Source: Eledone cirrhosa | Lineage: Eukaryota | DNA: 64,000 nucleotides | NCBI GenBank assembly: GCA_964016885.1 | Contig: OZ024744.1 | Coordinates: 123,504,001 to 123,568,000 of the forward strand | Reading direction: 5' to 3' | The notes under the pieces: model-generated | Told to the model about the DNA's origin: nothing | Seen by the model: the letters and a program-made list of their open reading frames with translations, nothing else | Database searches by the model: none | Made by a program: the position numbers and the translations under genes | In this document: one piece after another, positions 52,245 to 64,000 of the stretch | How the letters are laid out: each line of letters starts with the position of its first letter | Numbering within the stretch: the stretch's first letter is position 1

Positions 52245-54372
52245 ATCATCATCATCGTTTAATGTCCATCTTCCACGCTAGCATTTGTTAGACTGGAGTT
52301 GTTCCACTCGAGGCAAGGTTGGTCGGGTGACCGTGTCTCGCTCATATAGGACTATCTGGCAGGTTTTCTACGGCTGGATGCCCTTCCTAACACCAACCAC
52401 ATTTACAGTGTGGAACTGGGAACCTTTTACCGTGTTACCTACACGACCACATTACAGCGTGGACTGTGTGTTTTTTTGTCGTGACACCGAGATGATCTCC
52501 ATCTCGATCTCATTATCTCATTTATTTGGACTGGATGTTGTGGTACCAATTTTACAGAGAGAGGGTGGTGTTGGTGGGAGTGGGAGGTAGGGGTAGTGGA
52601 TTGTGGCGTAAATTTGGTTAAGAGGTGCCTACTGACTGTAGGTTTCGCTTTGTACATAGGCAAGGCGGGTCTTCTGTATTACTGCGTAGCGCCAAAGATC
52701 TTGGTCCAGTGACATTGTCTTAGAGAGAGGTGCAAGTGTGTAAGGTCGGAATTTATCAAATTGTCCCAGGTTTTTCTGGGTCTACCTACTCCGTAGCTTC
52801 CCTGCACTTTTTTTATACAGCTGTCGTCTTTCATGCACATAACGTGACCATACCAACGTAGTCTTCTCTCGAATAAACAGCATCTGATCCCTCTTATTCC
52901 GAATTTCTAACTTAGTTCATTTATGCTTTGCCGTTCATGTATATTACTATTACACATCCAACGGAGCATGCAGGCTTCGTTCCTCTCCAGTCTGCGCACA
53001 TCCTCTGCACACAATGCCCATGTCTCACTGCCATGTAACATAGCTGTTCGTATACAGGCATCATACAGTCTGCCTTTCATTTTTAGAGAGAAACCTTTTG
53101 TGGCTAATAGTGGTATAAGCTCTTTGAACTTTTTCAATCCCGTTCTGACTCTAGCTACTGTACTTTCAAAGCACCCTCCACCACTGCTGATTTTGTCACC
53201 CAGGTAACGGAAAGTGTCCACTATTTCTATAGAATCATCTGGGCAATAGAAGGAGCTAATAACCTGTGGGCACTTGCTACTTATTGCACCTGAACATCGG
53301 CCACATATAAAATCTACGTTCTTAGTTAGTTTACCTGTGACCCCACTCCATCTTTTATGTACCCATAGTTTGCATTTGGGACATAAAATGGAATTTCTGC
53401 CTACTCCTTTCCTACACACTGAGCATGGCCATTTCCCTGAGGGCACCTGTGCCCTATTTTCCTTTCTACAAACTAGAACTTTAGTCTTAGACAAGTTAAC
53501 TTTAAGGCCTTTTGATTCTAGGCCATTATCCATGTTTGGAATTTCTTCTCTAGTTCAGCCATAGATTCAGCTATGAGAGTTAGATCATCTGCGTATAGGA
53601 GTTCCCATGGGCAGCCGGTCTTGAACTCCTCTGTTATAGCCTGAAGGGCAATAATAAATAGGAGGGGGCTAAGGACAGAGCCTTGATGAACACCTACTTT
53701 TACACTAAATTCTTCACAATATTCATTGTTAATTCTAACCTTACTGACTGTTTCTTTATACATGGCTTGTATAGCTCTCACAAGCCATTCATCTACACCT
53801 AGTTTTCTAAGAGCCCACCAGATAATGGAGCGGGGGACTCTGTCAAAGGCTTTCTCCAGGTCTACAAAAGCTAAGTAGAGGGGTTTACTTTTAGCTAGAT
53901 ACTTCTCCTGTAGTTGTTGTACAAGGAAAAGAGCGTCTGTGGTACTTTTACCTGGCACGAACCCAAACTGCATTTCATCTAGATCAATTCGCTCTCTGAT
54001 TAGTTGCGCTATACCTTTTTCTGTGGCCTTCATAACCTGGTCAACTAATTTAATACCGCTATAGTTTCCCCTATCTAAAGCATCCCCTTTACCCTTGAAG
54101 CAGTTAATGATGATGCTGCTACGCCAGTCTTTTAGTATCCAGGTGACCATAGCGTGTCCCACCATTCCAGATGCCTTCAACATCTCAGCAACTATCTCCG
54201 AAGGCTCAGCTGCATTGCCTGTCTTCATATCTTTGATTGCCTTACTTATTATACTACCTTTAACTTGCACTGCTGGTCCCTCAATTGGATCGATTTGGGG
54301 CAGACTATCTTTTTCCCATTTATTCTCCTCATTTAGTAGTCTCTCGTAGTGACACTTCCAAGCTATCTTCTT
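52245..54372 (-). mobile_element. 5'-truncated RTE-clade LINE with long 3' UTR
   Basis: FVDLEKAFDRVP, GVHQGSVLSP, LYADD, Cys-rich insert, FRYLGD; (TGA)n tail. Confidence 0.95.
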
Positions 54373-54467
54373 ATCAGTATACATATACATACATGTATAC
54401 ATATATATATGTATACATATACATATATACACACTCACTATGTATATTAGCAGTTTTCATTATTTAT

Positions 54468-57024
54468 GTATTACGGCTCAAGAAATGAAGGAGTGAGACT
54501 TCTTGAATTTTGTGATGCGAGTACACTGACTATTTGCAACACTAACTTCCAGAAACCTGCCAACCACCTAATAACCTACAAATCAGGCAAGCACATAAGC
54601 CAGATTGACTTCTTACTAGTTAGGCAGCAGGACAGGCAGATGGTTTCAAATACCAAGGCATACCCTGAGGAATAATGTACCCCACAGCATAGGTTAATTG
54701 TTAGTGATATCTCAGTAAGCAAGAGATGGAATGAGACATACAGGAAGGTGTGGAGAAGAAAGGTCTGGAAGCTAAAAGACCTTTCACTGAAATACAAATT
54801 TAGGAAAGCCCTTCAAGATGTGTATGACGAAAAAGATGATGATTTAGAGTCGTATGACATAGATAATAACTGGAATTTCTTACGTGACAACTTACTGCAG
54901 GCTACTAATGAAACTTGTGGCTGGAGCAGAGCTCCAACCAGACAGAGAGTGACCTGGTGGTGTAACAGCACAGTAGATAAGGCCATTAGAAACAAAAGAC
55001 TAGCATGAAAGGCTTGGAAAAAGGGTGGGAGTAGGGAAGGATATACAGCCGCTAAGAGAGAAGCTAGACGTCAGATGTACTTAGCACGCAGGGAGGCTGA
55101 GAGTAGGAGGTTTGCCAATGTTCTGCGACGGGAAGATCAGAGGCGTGCGGTGTTCCACATTGCAAGGCAGTGTGTCAATGCAAATCGGGATGTTGTTGGA
55201 GATAAATGTGTCCGGGATGATGCCGGTGACTTAGTGTCATGAATGATCAGAAAAAGGAGGCCTGGAAATGTCATTATGAGAGACTGATGAATGTGGAGAA
55301 CGAATGGGAGAGAGAGAAATGATAGAGGGACCAGCTATTGAGATTGATGAATATAGGGTCCAAGAGGCGATTAAAGAAATGAAAAATGGTAAGGGAATAA
55401 TTGCTGAGATGCTGAAGGCATCAGGAGACGTAGGCACTAAACTGGTTGCACACATCATAAATCAGGCTATATATGGGGGTGTCGTACCCAAAGACTGTTG
55501 CAGCAGTATTGTCATAAATTGCTACAAAGGTAAAGGGGATGCTCTGGAGAGGAGCAATTATAGGGGCATAAAACTGATGGATCAGGTTATGAAAGTGGCA
55601 GAAAGGATATTAGCACAACTAATTAGAGAAAGGGTCAAACTAGATGAGATGCAGTTTGGTTTTGTGCCTGGGAAAAGTACAACAGATGCCCTCTTCTTGG
55701 TGAGACAATTACAAGAGAGGTTCTTAGAGAAGAATAAGCCACTATACTTAGCCTTTGTTGACCTAGAGAAGGCCTTTGATAGGGTACCTCGATCTGTCAT
55801 CTGGTGGTCCCCAAGGAAACTAGGTGTAGAGGAATGGCTTGTGAGAGCAGTGCAAGCTATGTACAGGGGTGCTCTCAGTAAAGTGAGAGTAGGTATGGAG
55901 TTTAGTGAGGAATTTCAGATACAAGTCGGTGTACATCAGAGTTCGGTCCTCAGCCCCCTCTTGTTCATTATAGTTCTCCAAACCATAACAGAGGAGTTTA
56001 AGACTGGCTGTCCATGGGAACTTCTCTATGCTGACGCTCTGGTTTTTATAGCAGAATCAGTAGAAGAGCTAGAGAATGAATTCTGGCTATGGAAACAGCA
56101 GTTGGAAGCAAGAGGACTGAGAGTGAACCTAGCGAAGACAAAAGTGTTGATGAGTAGAAAAGAGGACAAAACCCTGATTCCGTCAGGGAAATGGCCATGT
56201 TTGATATGCAGAAAAGGAACTGGCATAAATTCTATAAAATGCACACAATGGAGATCCTGGGTACACAAGAGATGTAGTGGGGTAGCAAGCAAACTAACAG
56301 GTAGGGAGAAATACGTATGCAGTAGATGTACAGGGAAATTTGACAGTAGAAGTCGCATTGATAGACACATTTTTCAAATGCAGGCGAGTTCTATAGAAGT
56401 GGTGGATAGCTTCCGCTACCTAGGAGATTAGATTAGCATGGGAGGCGGGGGGTGTTTCGAGGCCATAGTATCTAGAATAAGGACAGGTTGGAAGAAGTTT
56501 AGGGAGCTGCTTCCTCTGCTGACGAAGAAGGGTTTCTCCTTGCATACGAAAGGCCGGTTATATGATGCCTGTGTGAGGAGCGCAATGCTGCATGGTGGTG
56601 AGACATGGGCAGCAACTGCAGAGGATATGCGATGGCTGGAGAGAAATGAGGCAAGCATGCTCCGTTGGATGTGCAGTGTCAATGTGCGTGAACGACCCAG
56701 CAAAATTGTCTTGAGAGAGAAACTGTGTCTGAGAGGGATAGAATGTAGTGTACGCGAGAGGAGACAGGTGGTATGGACATGTGATGCGCATGGAGGATGA
56801 CCGATGGGTGAAGAAGTGCCAGGAAATGCCAGTTGAAGGAAGATGTGGTAGAGGTAGACCACGAAAAACATGGGCGGAGGTGGTGAGAACAGACCTCAGA
56901 TCATTGAAGCTCACGGTGGAGATGACGAGGGACTGTGACAAATAGAGAGATGCTGTGCTGAATAAGACCCGTCCCACCCTTACAAGCAGGGAAAAGCGGA
57001 TGTAAAATGATGATGATGATGATG
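54468..57024 (+). mobile_element. RTE-clade LINE (partial EN plus RT), degenerate, short 3' UTR with (TGA)n tail
   Basis: NTNFQK..HLITY..SQIDF, QHRL, KAFDRVP, LYAD, GRGRPRKTW. Confidence 0.95.
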
Positions 57025-57907
57025 GTACCAGTGGTTTCGTGGATGTAAACATGACACCTCTAACTCCTTTACATGACTGTGTAGCGAGATCTGTCCACGC
57101 CTTGAATCTTGGGTGACACCTAAAGGTCAAATTCTAGGTCACCACCCTTTTGGTGTGAACAGGTTGATGTGTTGGCTATTCTCTAAAGGTGAGAGACAGG
57201 AAGCGACAGGTATATAAAGCCTATATTTTCCCACCTTGAACAGAAAGATCGGAGCATTACGCCTACAACTAACTATGTAAAGATTCACCGCTACCTTCAG
57301 GCCCTTGAGGTCTACAGAAACACAGAGACATCGGAGCACTACGAATTACAACAAGCGATGTAAAGATTCACCGCTATCAACAGACCCCAGTGGTCTACAG
57401 AAATACAGAGATATTAGATTAACGACTACAACGTCAACCTACTACTACAGACCATTCAGAGGTATACAAACCATTACTCTCACTCACTATAGTCTCAGAC
57501 TCACGATGACAATGTCAACCTTCTCAACTTTTGGTAACTGTTTTATTGTACTTTTCAATTGATTCACATGAAGTAAACCATATATAAACCAAATCAATTA
57601 TTCTTATTATACTTGTTATTACATCTAACAACCGTTATAATCACATCTAACTATCATGTTAATCCATCTCACCATTTCTTGCTTATACCCTTCGTTAAAA
57701 CTGTACTGTAAATAATTACTGAGTGAGATTTGTGTTGACGTCTATGAAGCCAGTGTTAGTGAACGTATAAGTGACACTGTTCATGTAAATACTCTCAACT
57801 TCCACTGGTGTGGACCCCCTCCCCCCATATACATATAAAACTAATATTTTTCTTGTACTGTGTTGTTTACTCTTATTTTTGCTTTCTTTTTGCACACACA
57901 TATTGTT

Positions 57908-58030
57908 AGTTTTGCCTTTCATCCTTACGGAGTCGATAAAATAAAGTACCAGTAAAAGCTATATTCAATTTAATGAACTTTCCCCTCCCCCAAAATTGTT
58001 GGCCCTATGCCAAAACCTGAAACCATTATT
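57908..58030 (+). mobile_element. SINE 3' fragment
   Basis: TTTGCCTTTCATCCTTACGGAGTCGATAAAATAAAGTACCAG. Confidence 0.8.
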
Positions 58031-58297
58031 ATTGATAACACTCTGCTTCTTAAGGACGGCAAGTGTACCAACATTGGCATTGAGTGCTGAAACTGGCGAT
58101 CCAATAATAAACATTATACACCAATAAACTGACCATCCCCAAATATAACACATTACACTCCCTGGATATATATATATATATATATATATAGTAGTGAAAG
58201 ATTGAAGAGTAACATGGTCGGCTATAAAAAAAGGGTTTTATTTCAAGTATTAATAATTGTTACACAGTCCCGCGCTTCTTACTTTATTATAGTTTAG

Positions 58298-58555
58298 ATG
58301 GTAATGAAAGGGTTAATGACTTAGACAGTGTCTTTCATTAGAAATATGGTAATGAAAGGGTTAATGACATAGACAGTGTCTTTCATTAGAAATATGGTAA
58401 TGAAGGGTTAAAGACATAGACAGTGTCTTTCATTAGAAATATGGTAATGAAAAGGTTAATGACATAGACAGTGTCTTTCATTAGTAATATGGTAATGAAA
58501 GGGTTAATGACATAAGCAGTGTCTTTCATTAGAAATATGGTAATAAAAGGGTTAA
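58298..58555. repeat. 48-bp minisatellite (~5.5 copies), unrelated to the main satellite
   Basis: Unit ATATGGTAATGAAAGGGTTAATGACATAGACAGTGTCTTTCATTAGAA. Confidence 0.95.
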
Positions 58556-58956
58556 AGTGTTTATATTTATCTAAAAACCTTCTGTCATAATTTTATGTAA
58601 GAACCTTTAAGTTATATTCCAAATACTAACTTAATGAAAAAGTTATATTACCCTTTAAATTCTGAATTATTTTCAAACTTATTTGAAAATCATAGACAGT
58701 GTATTTTGTTAGAAATATAGTGATCAACATCACTATCACCAGCACCACCACCATCACTATCACCACCATCATCACTACCACCATCACTCTGTCAGCAGTA
58801 ACCATCTCCAACTGATCTGGCTGGATCCCCAAGCGAGACCAGTCAAGCTCATGGATGTTATCCAACCATCTTGCTGAGGGTCTACCCTTGGGTCTCCTGC
58901 TGGTTGGTTTGGCCTGTAAAATCTGTCCAGAGATTCTTTCTTGAGATATTCTAACC

Positions 58957-59217
58957 ACATCTGACTAATATAATGACAAGTCAGTCAATCATATTGGTGG
59001 CCTTCCCATAGCCCCAGCAGACAGAATAGAAAGGCATTTCCCTGGAGGACGGCAAGGGAGACACGCTGGAAAAGCGATTTCCAGCTCGCGAAGCTCACAC
59101 TTGCGGCTGGCCAGCTCAGCGCCTATGGTGGTGAGTCGGGAGGTACCTTCTGTCCGCCGGAGCTGTGGGGAAGTCACCAATATGATTGACTGACTTGTTA
59201 TTTTATCAGTCAGATGT
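58957..59217. repeat. ~56-bp inverted repeats enclosing a CRE-type LINE 3' remnant
   Basis: ACATCTGACTAATATAATGACAAGTCAGTCAATCATATTGGTG and its reverse complement at ~59175-59217. Confidence 0.8.
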
Positions 59218-59732
59218 TAAAACTCTTGCTGTTTTAACAGCTTCCTTGCATTGAGTTCTAAGCACATTGTTACTATAGTAGTAAGAGGAAATGTGGTAAT
59301 ACTTGAATGTTTTGTTCTCCTGTCAGACTTTCTAGGAATTAGGTCATATAATGCTAATGCAAAACTCCAACTGCATTTAACATTGTTGCTGCTGGAGAAA
59401 ATTTTAAGTAGTAAAATCCTGTTGCTGCAGGATTTTGAGCATTCCATTGTTGACAGGAAGGAAATGAAAATGAGAAAAGCTAAGTTGGAAGAAACTCATA
59501 GAAATAAAAGGGGGTGATTAAGAAAGACAGAGAAGGAGAAAAGATACTGTGAACGAAGAAATTCATCTTATTGAAAAGAAGGAAGGTATATGCATCTAAT
59601 AGAATTTCTTGCCACCATACATACATATATATATATATAAACCTGTGGTGGGGTGTTTTTCTGAAGACCTGCTGTCCAGCTCTTCTGAGAGTTTCCTCTC
59701 TCACACACACATATATATATATATATTTAATT

Positions 59733-59841
59733 TAGAAAAGGGTTCTACAAGACTAGGACTGTTTCATTCGGTAGAAATCATCAGGAAGCCTGATGATTTC
59801 TACCAAATGAAACAGTTCAACTCCTGTAGAAGCCTTTTCTA
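59733..59841. ncRNA. Palindrome made of two oppositely oriented hammerhead motifs
   Basis: Each arm reads CTGATGA-TTTCTACC(G/A)AAT-GAAA-CAG...(C/T)TG-TA^GAA(G/C)CC. Confidence 0.68.
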
Positions 59842-59946
59842 TATTGAATATTTATACTCTGCTTTGTGTTGAGTACTTTACTGTGTTGAGTACTTTACCT
59901 TGCAAAACTATATATATATAAGTTTATTTGATTGAACCCGGATAAA

Positions 59947-59980
<34 letters not shown>

Positions 59981-59983
<3 letters not shown>

Positions 59984-61062
59984 TTGCAAGGTTTTTGATA
60001 TGAAATCGTGTGTCGAAACAAATATTGTTATACTTGGGGAGGGTCATATTTGTGTAATATTGCCAGAATTAATAACAGAACACACTCACTGTTTGGTTGG
60101 TTTTCGCTTTTCGCTTCTGTGTCTTTTATATCGGTAATCTAATTTATTCGGTCCTCAATGTTGCCATTGACTGACCAACGGTCAAAAATAATACAGATAC
60201 AATATAGACACAAACACATATATATAGTTTATCAAAGTTCTTTCGTTGCACATCTGCAACATCGTCAGTGGTGCTATTGTTTCCTCCCGTTGCATTGTAT
60301 GTCTACGCCATCTTTATTTAGTCTGTTTATATATTTATAATATACTATATTTATAATATACTATACGAACATGCCAGACAACAACACGACGGTAACATAG
60401 ACAACATAGAAATTAGAATAATATCTAAACATAGAAATGACCCAGCAGATAGGCAAATCAGAGAGGCCAGTGAAATAGAACTTAGAAGGCCAAGGCTAAA
60501 CAGAAAGAATGAATGGAATAACAACAACACCCAAACAAACAACACTGACCTAAGAGAAGTATAAATAAATAAATAAATAGATAAATAAATAAATACATAC
60601 ACAAGCACAATAACAACAAACATAAACACACACTAGTAAAGATAGAATACATTAACCAATACACAGTCACCCAATCACGAACACACATCAAACAAAACAC
60701 TAGACACACACGCAAACGCATGCGCAAAGAAGACAAAATAAAATAAACTAATAAATAAATATATAGACAGACTAAATAAAAATGGCGTAGACATACAATG
60801 TAATGGGAGGAAACAATAGCACCACTGACGATGTTGCAGATGTGCAACGAAAGAACTTTGATAAACTATATATATGTGTTTGTGTCTATATTGTATCTGT
60901 ATTATTTTTGACCGTTGGTCAGTCAATGGCAACATTGAGGACCGAATAAATTAGATTACCGATATAAAAGACACAGAAGCGAAAAGCCAAAACCAACCAA
61001 ACAGTGAGTGCGTTCTGTTATTAATTCTGGCAATATCACACAAATATGACCCTCCCCAAGTA

Positions 61063-61066
<4 letters not shown>
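59981..61066 (+). mobile_element. Penelope-like element 3' end with an upstream inverted pLTR, flanked by (TA)n
   Basis: ~60000-60340 is the reverse complement of ~60766-61065. 60358-60564 encodes a GIY-YIG-like C-terminus (LYEHARQQH...RQIREASEI...PRLNRKNEW). Confidence 0.8.
60821..60862 (+). ncRNA. Minimal hammerhead ribozyme motif (mirror copy at 60231-60272, minus strand)
   Basis: CTGACGA-T-GTTGCA(GATG)TGCAAC-GAAA-GAACTT; stem II covaries with 49351-49393. Confidence 0.7.
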
Positions 61067-61106
<40 letters not shown>

Positions 61107-61401
61107 TAAAGGGCTGAAACACTTGCTTAGGGGGTTTCTTCTCTGAAGACCTGCTGTCTATAACTATATATCATCATCGTCGTTTAACGTCTATCTTCCA
61201 CGCTAATATATATATATATATAGAAGTTAAGGGCCAAAACATTTGCTTGAAGTGGGGTTTCTTCTCTGCAGACCTGCTGATTCTTATCACTGGTATAGCA
61301 GGGCAATCCAATGTGCATGAGTAACATAAGAGACAGTTGAGCTACAAAAGCTGTTGAACATGCTTTGGAAAATGGAAGTGAAACAGGCTGTAATTTCCTC
61401 C

Positions 61402-61591
61402 AAGAGGGGTTTATGGTGGGTTTCTATCTATGGTCTGGTTGAAGTAACATAAGAGGGGTGTATGGTGGGTTTCTATCTATGGCCTGGTTGAAGTAACATA
61501 AGAGGGGTGTATGGTGTGTTTCTATCTATGGTCTGGTTGCAGTAACATAAGAGGGGTGTATGGTGGGTTTCTATCTATGGTCTGGTTGAAG
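61402..61591. repeat. 49-bp minisatellite (~4 copies)
   Basis: Unit AAGAGGGGTGTATGGTGGGTTTCTATCTATGGTCTGGTTGAAGTAACAT. Confidence 0.93.
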
Positions 61592-62062
61592 CGACATTAG
61601 TTTGGAGAGTATTCATTGTTGAGGCATATACTCATAGTGTGCAAGTGATCTCTTACAGTATATGTGCTGTAACCAAGTATTGAGCACCTTATAAACACCA
61701 ACTTAATAATGAGAAAATTAGTTATATTACTAAATCCTTTCAAATACTTTTCAAAATTATTTGAAAATTATATTCAATATCTTTCATTAAAAGTATGGTA
61801 ATGAGAAATTTAACTTTGCAATTGAAACTTTTTATTTATTTTCTATTTTATCTTTTTACAGAATTTATTTTTAAGATGCTCTCCTTTCATTTCAATGTAA
61901 TAACATAAATAACATTTCTTTTGATAGAGATATTTTTTAACCTGTCATGGGGAATCAACTCACAGGAATTGCACCTTCACAGATTTTACCTGTGGAACAG
62001 TACTTAGCAGACATTCCAGATTATGAATTTGAAATAAGGTGAGTTGCTTGCTTCACAATATA

Positions 62063-62927
62063 CGGGGTGTGTCAGAAAAGTTCCAGGACTGATGTCACAG
62101 AAGATTTATTTCAAACCCAAACTTCACACTATGAGTTTTCTCCTTCAAAGTAATCCCCCTGGAGTCTAATGCACTTTTCCATCCTTTTCTGCCACGCTTG
62201 AATGCACTCCTGGAAGGATTCTTCCGGGATCCTCCGCAGTTCCGTCGTCACGGCCTTTTTGATGTCGTCCACGTCTTCAAAATGGGTCCCCTCCGGGTTG
62301 TACTCGAAGATCCATGACTCATCACTGCTGATGACTGTCCCTAGCAAGTCTGGTTCGGTTTCAAGACGCTCGAGGATGTCCTGGCACACTTGCATGCGTC
62401 GACCCTTCTGGTCATCGTTCAGCAGTTTTGGCACCATCTTCACACAGACTTTCCGCATGTCCAAATCTTCAGTGAGAATCTTCCAGACACTGTCCTGATT
62501 CATGCCCAGCTCATTTGCCATCTTTTGAACAGTCAGCCGACGATCGCTACACACCATCTGCCTGACGCGCTCAACGTTGATCTCAGTCCTGGTTGTTGAG
62601 GGCCTTCTGCTCCTGGGGTCATCTTGCACCACTCAAAAACACGTGAGCGTGACATCGTCTCATCTCCATACACTTGCTGCAGCAATCCCAGTGCTTCTGA
62701 CGGAGTTTTCAAGTTTGTTTGTTGCTCTGTGCTCATTGCTTGACAACCTGAAACAGAGGACATGTATATAAAATTATGAAGAAAAAAGTTTGATCGCTGC
62801 AGAGAGCTAAGATTACAGTTACATACTCCAGGGAGATTACTTTCAAGGAGAAAACTCTTAGTGTGAAGTTTGGGTTTGAAATAAATCTTTTGTGACATCA
62901 GTCCTGGAACTTTTCTGACACACCTCG
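62063..62927 (-). mobile_element. Internally deleted mariner (Tc1/mariner) DNA transposon with ~103-bp TIRs
   Basis: HTH region, VPKLL (WVP-like), DESWIFEYNPE fused to GTHFEDV...GDYFE; TA on the left flank. Confidence 0.93.
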
Positions 62928-63182
62928 TCTATATAGTGAAAATTTAGTGTGGACGTTAGAAAACGTTCTATACAGATCACATTTTATAAAGAAAATGGTA
63001 AAAAAAAAAAGGGTTTGCAAGCGCACCTGGTATATAAAGGATCTTTATAACAAGTATACCAATTGATGTTAGCAAAGCTTGCTTTTTCCAATTTAGATCA
63101 TCCAAAATAGAGAAAGCAGGTGTATATATCAGGTTCGCTTTTCAAATTCTTTTTTGAAAACAATTTTCCTTATATATTATAT

Positions 63183-63938
63183 CAACATCATCATTATCAT
63201 CACTGTTTAACATCCATTTTTCTATGCTGGAATGGGTTAGATGAGTTGTCCTGTTGTGAGCAATGCCAGGTCAGGTGACCATGCCTTGCTCATACAGAAC
63301 CAACTTTTGATGCCCTTCCTAGCGTCAACCTCATTTACAGTATGTACTGGGTACTTTTTATTGTGGCACCTACATGACCACTTTACAGTGTGTACTGGGT
63401 ACTTTTTGTTGTGACTCCTACATGACCACTTTACAGTGTGTACTGGGTATTTTTTGTTGTGACACCTACATGACCACTTTACAGTGTAGACTGGGCACTT
63501 TTTGTTGTGACACCTACATGACCACTTTACAGTGTGTACTGGGTACTTTTTGTTGTGACTCCTACATGACCACTTTACAGTGTGTACTGGGTACTTTTTG
63601 TTGTGACACCTACATGACCACTTTACAGTGTAGACTGGGCACTTTTTGTTGTGACACCTACATGACCACTTTACAGTGTAGACTGGGCACTTTTTGTTGT
63701 GACACCTACATGACCACTTTACAGTGTAGACTGGGTACTTTTTGTTGTGACTCCTACATGACCACTTTACAGTGTGTACTGGGTACTTTTTGTTGTGACA
63801 CCTACATGACCACTTTACAGTGTAGACTGGGCACTTTTTGTTGTGACACCTACATGACCACTTTACAGTGTAGACTGGGCACTTTTTGTTGTGACACCTA
63901 CATGACCACTTTACAGTGTGTACTGGGTACTTTTTGTC
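63183..63938 (-). repeat. RTE-type 3' tail (63183-63335) running directly into ~12 homogeneous 48-bp satellite units
   Basis: (CAT)n...TTTAACATCCATTTTTCTATGCTGG...GATGCCCTTCCTAGCGTCAACC, then the satellite. Confidence 0.92.
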
Positions 63939-64000
63939 GATAGAAAGACCAAGGGGATGGGGAGGGGAGGGAGGGGGGAGGGGAGGGGGGGAGGTTGTCT

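Noticed and set aside
57030-57780. Possible solo LTR with TATAAA and an ~83-bp internal duplication
   Set aside because: No convincing TG...CA termini or TSD could be identified.

Overview
Eukaryotic, almost entirely repeat-derived DNA. The SINE and RTE-LINE families resemble those I associate with octopus/cephalopod genomes; this is an inference. 1-21 kb is a 48-bp satellite, partly duplicated at ~12 kb offset and with one inverted block. It hosts a degenerate ~4-kb LTR retrotransposon, a deleted second copy, solo-LTR-like inserts and an RTE LINE whose 3' UTR appears to be the satellite's source. 21-44 kb is a head-to-tail pile-up of Tx1/L1-clade LINEs in (TGTC)n/(TATC)n microsatellites, with two more fragments at ~50 kb. 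44-64 kb is AT-rich and holds SINEs, CRE-type and RTE LINE pieces, Penelope-like fragments with hammerhead ribozymes, a deleted mariner and one candidate small basic-protein gene. The most striking unexplained features are four. (i) The Tx1 ORF2 is bracketed by a splice donor at the ORF1 stop and a splice acceptor at the ORF2 stop. (ii) The LINEs appear to target microsatellites. (iii) The LTR element has DIRS-like RT/RNase H plus a DDE integrase, a possible 3-bp TSD, and a non-canonical PBS matching the 5' end of tRNA-Phe. (iv) The satellite appears to have arisen inside a LINE tail. Coordinates were read by eye and may be off by a few bases.
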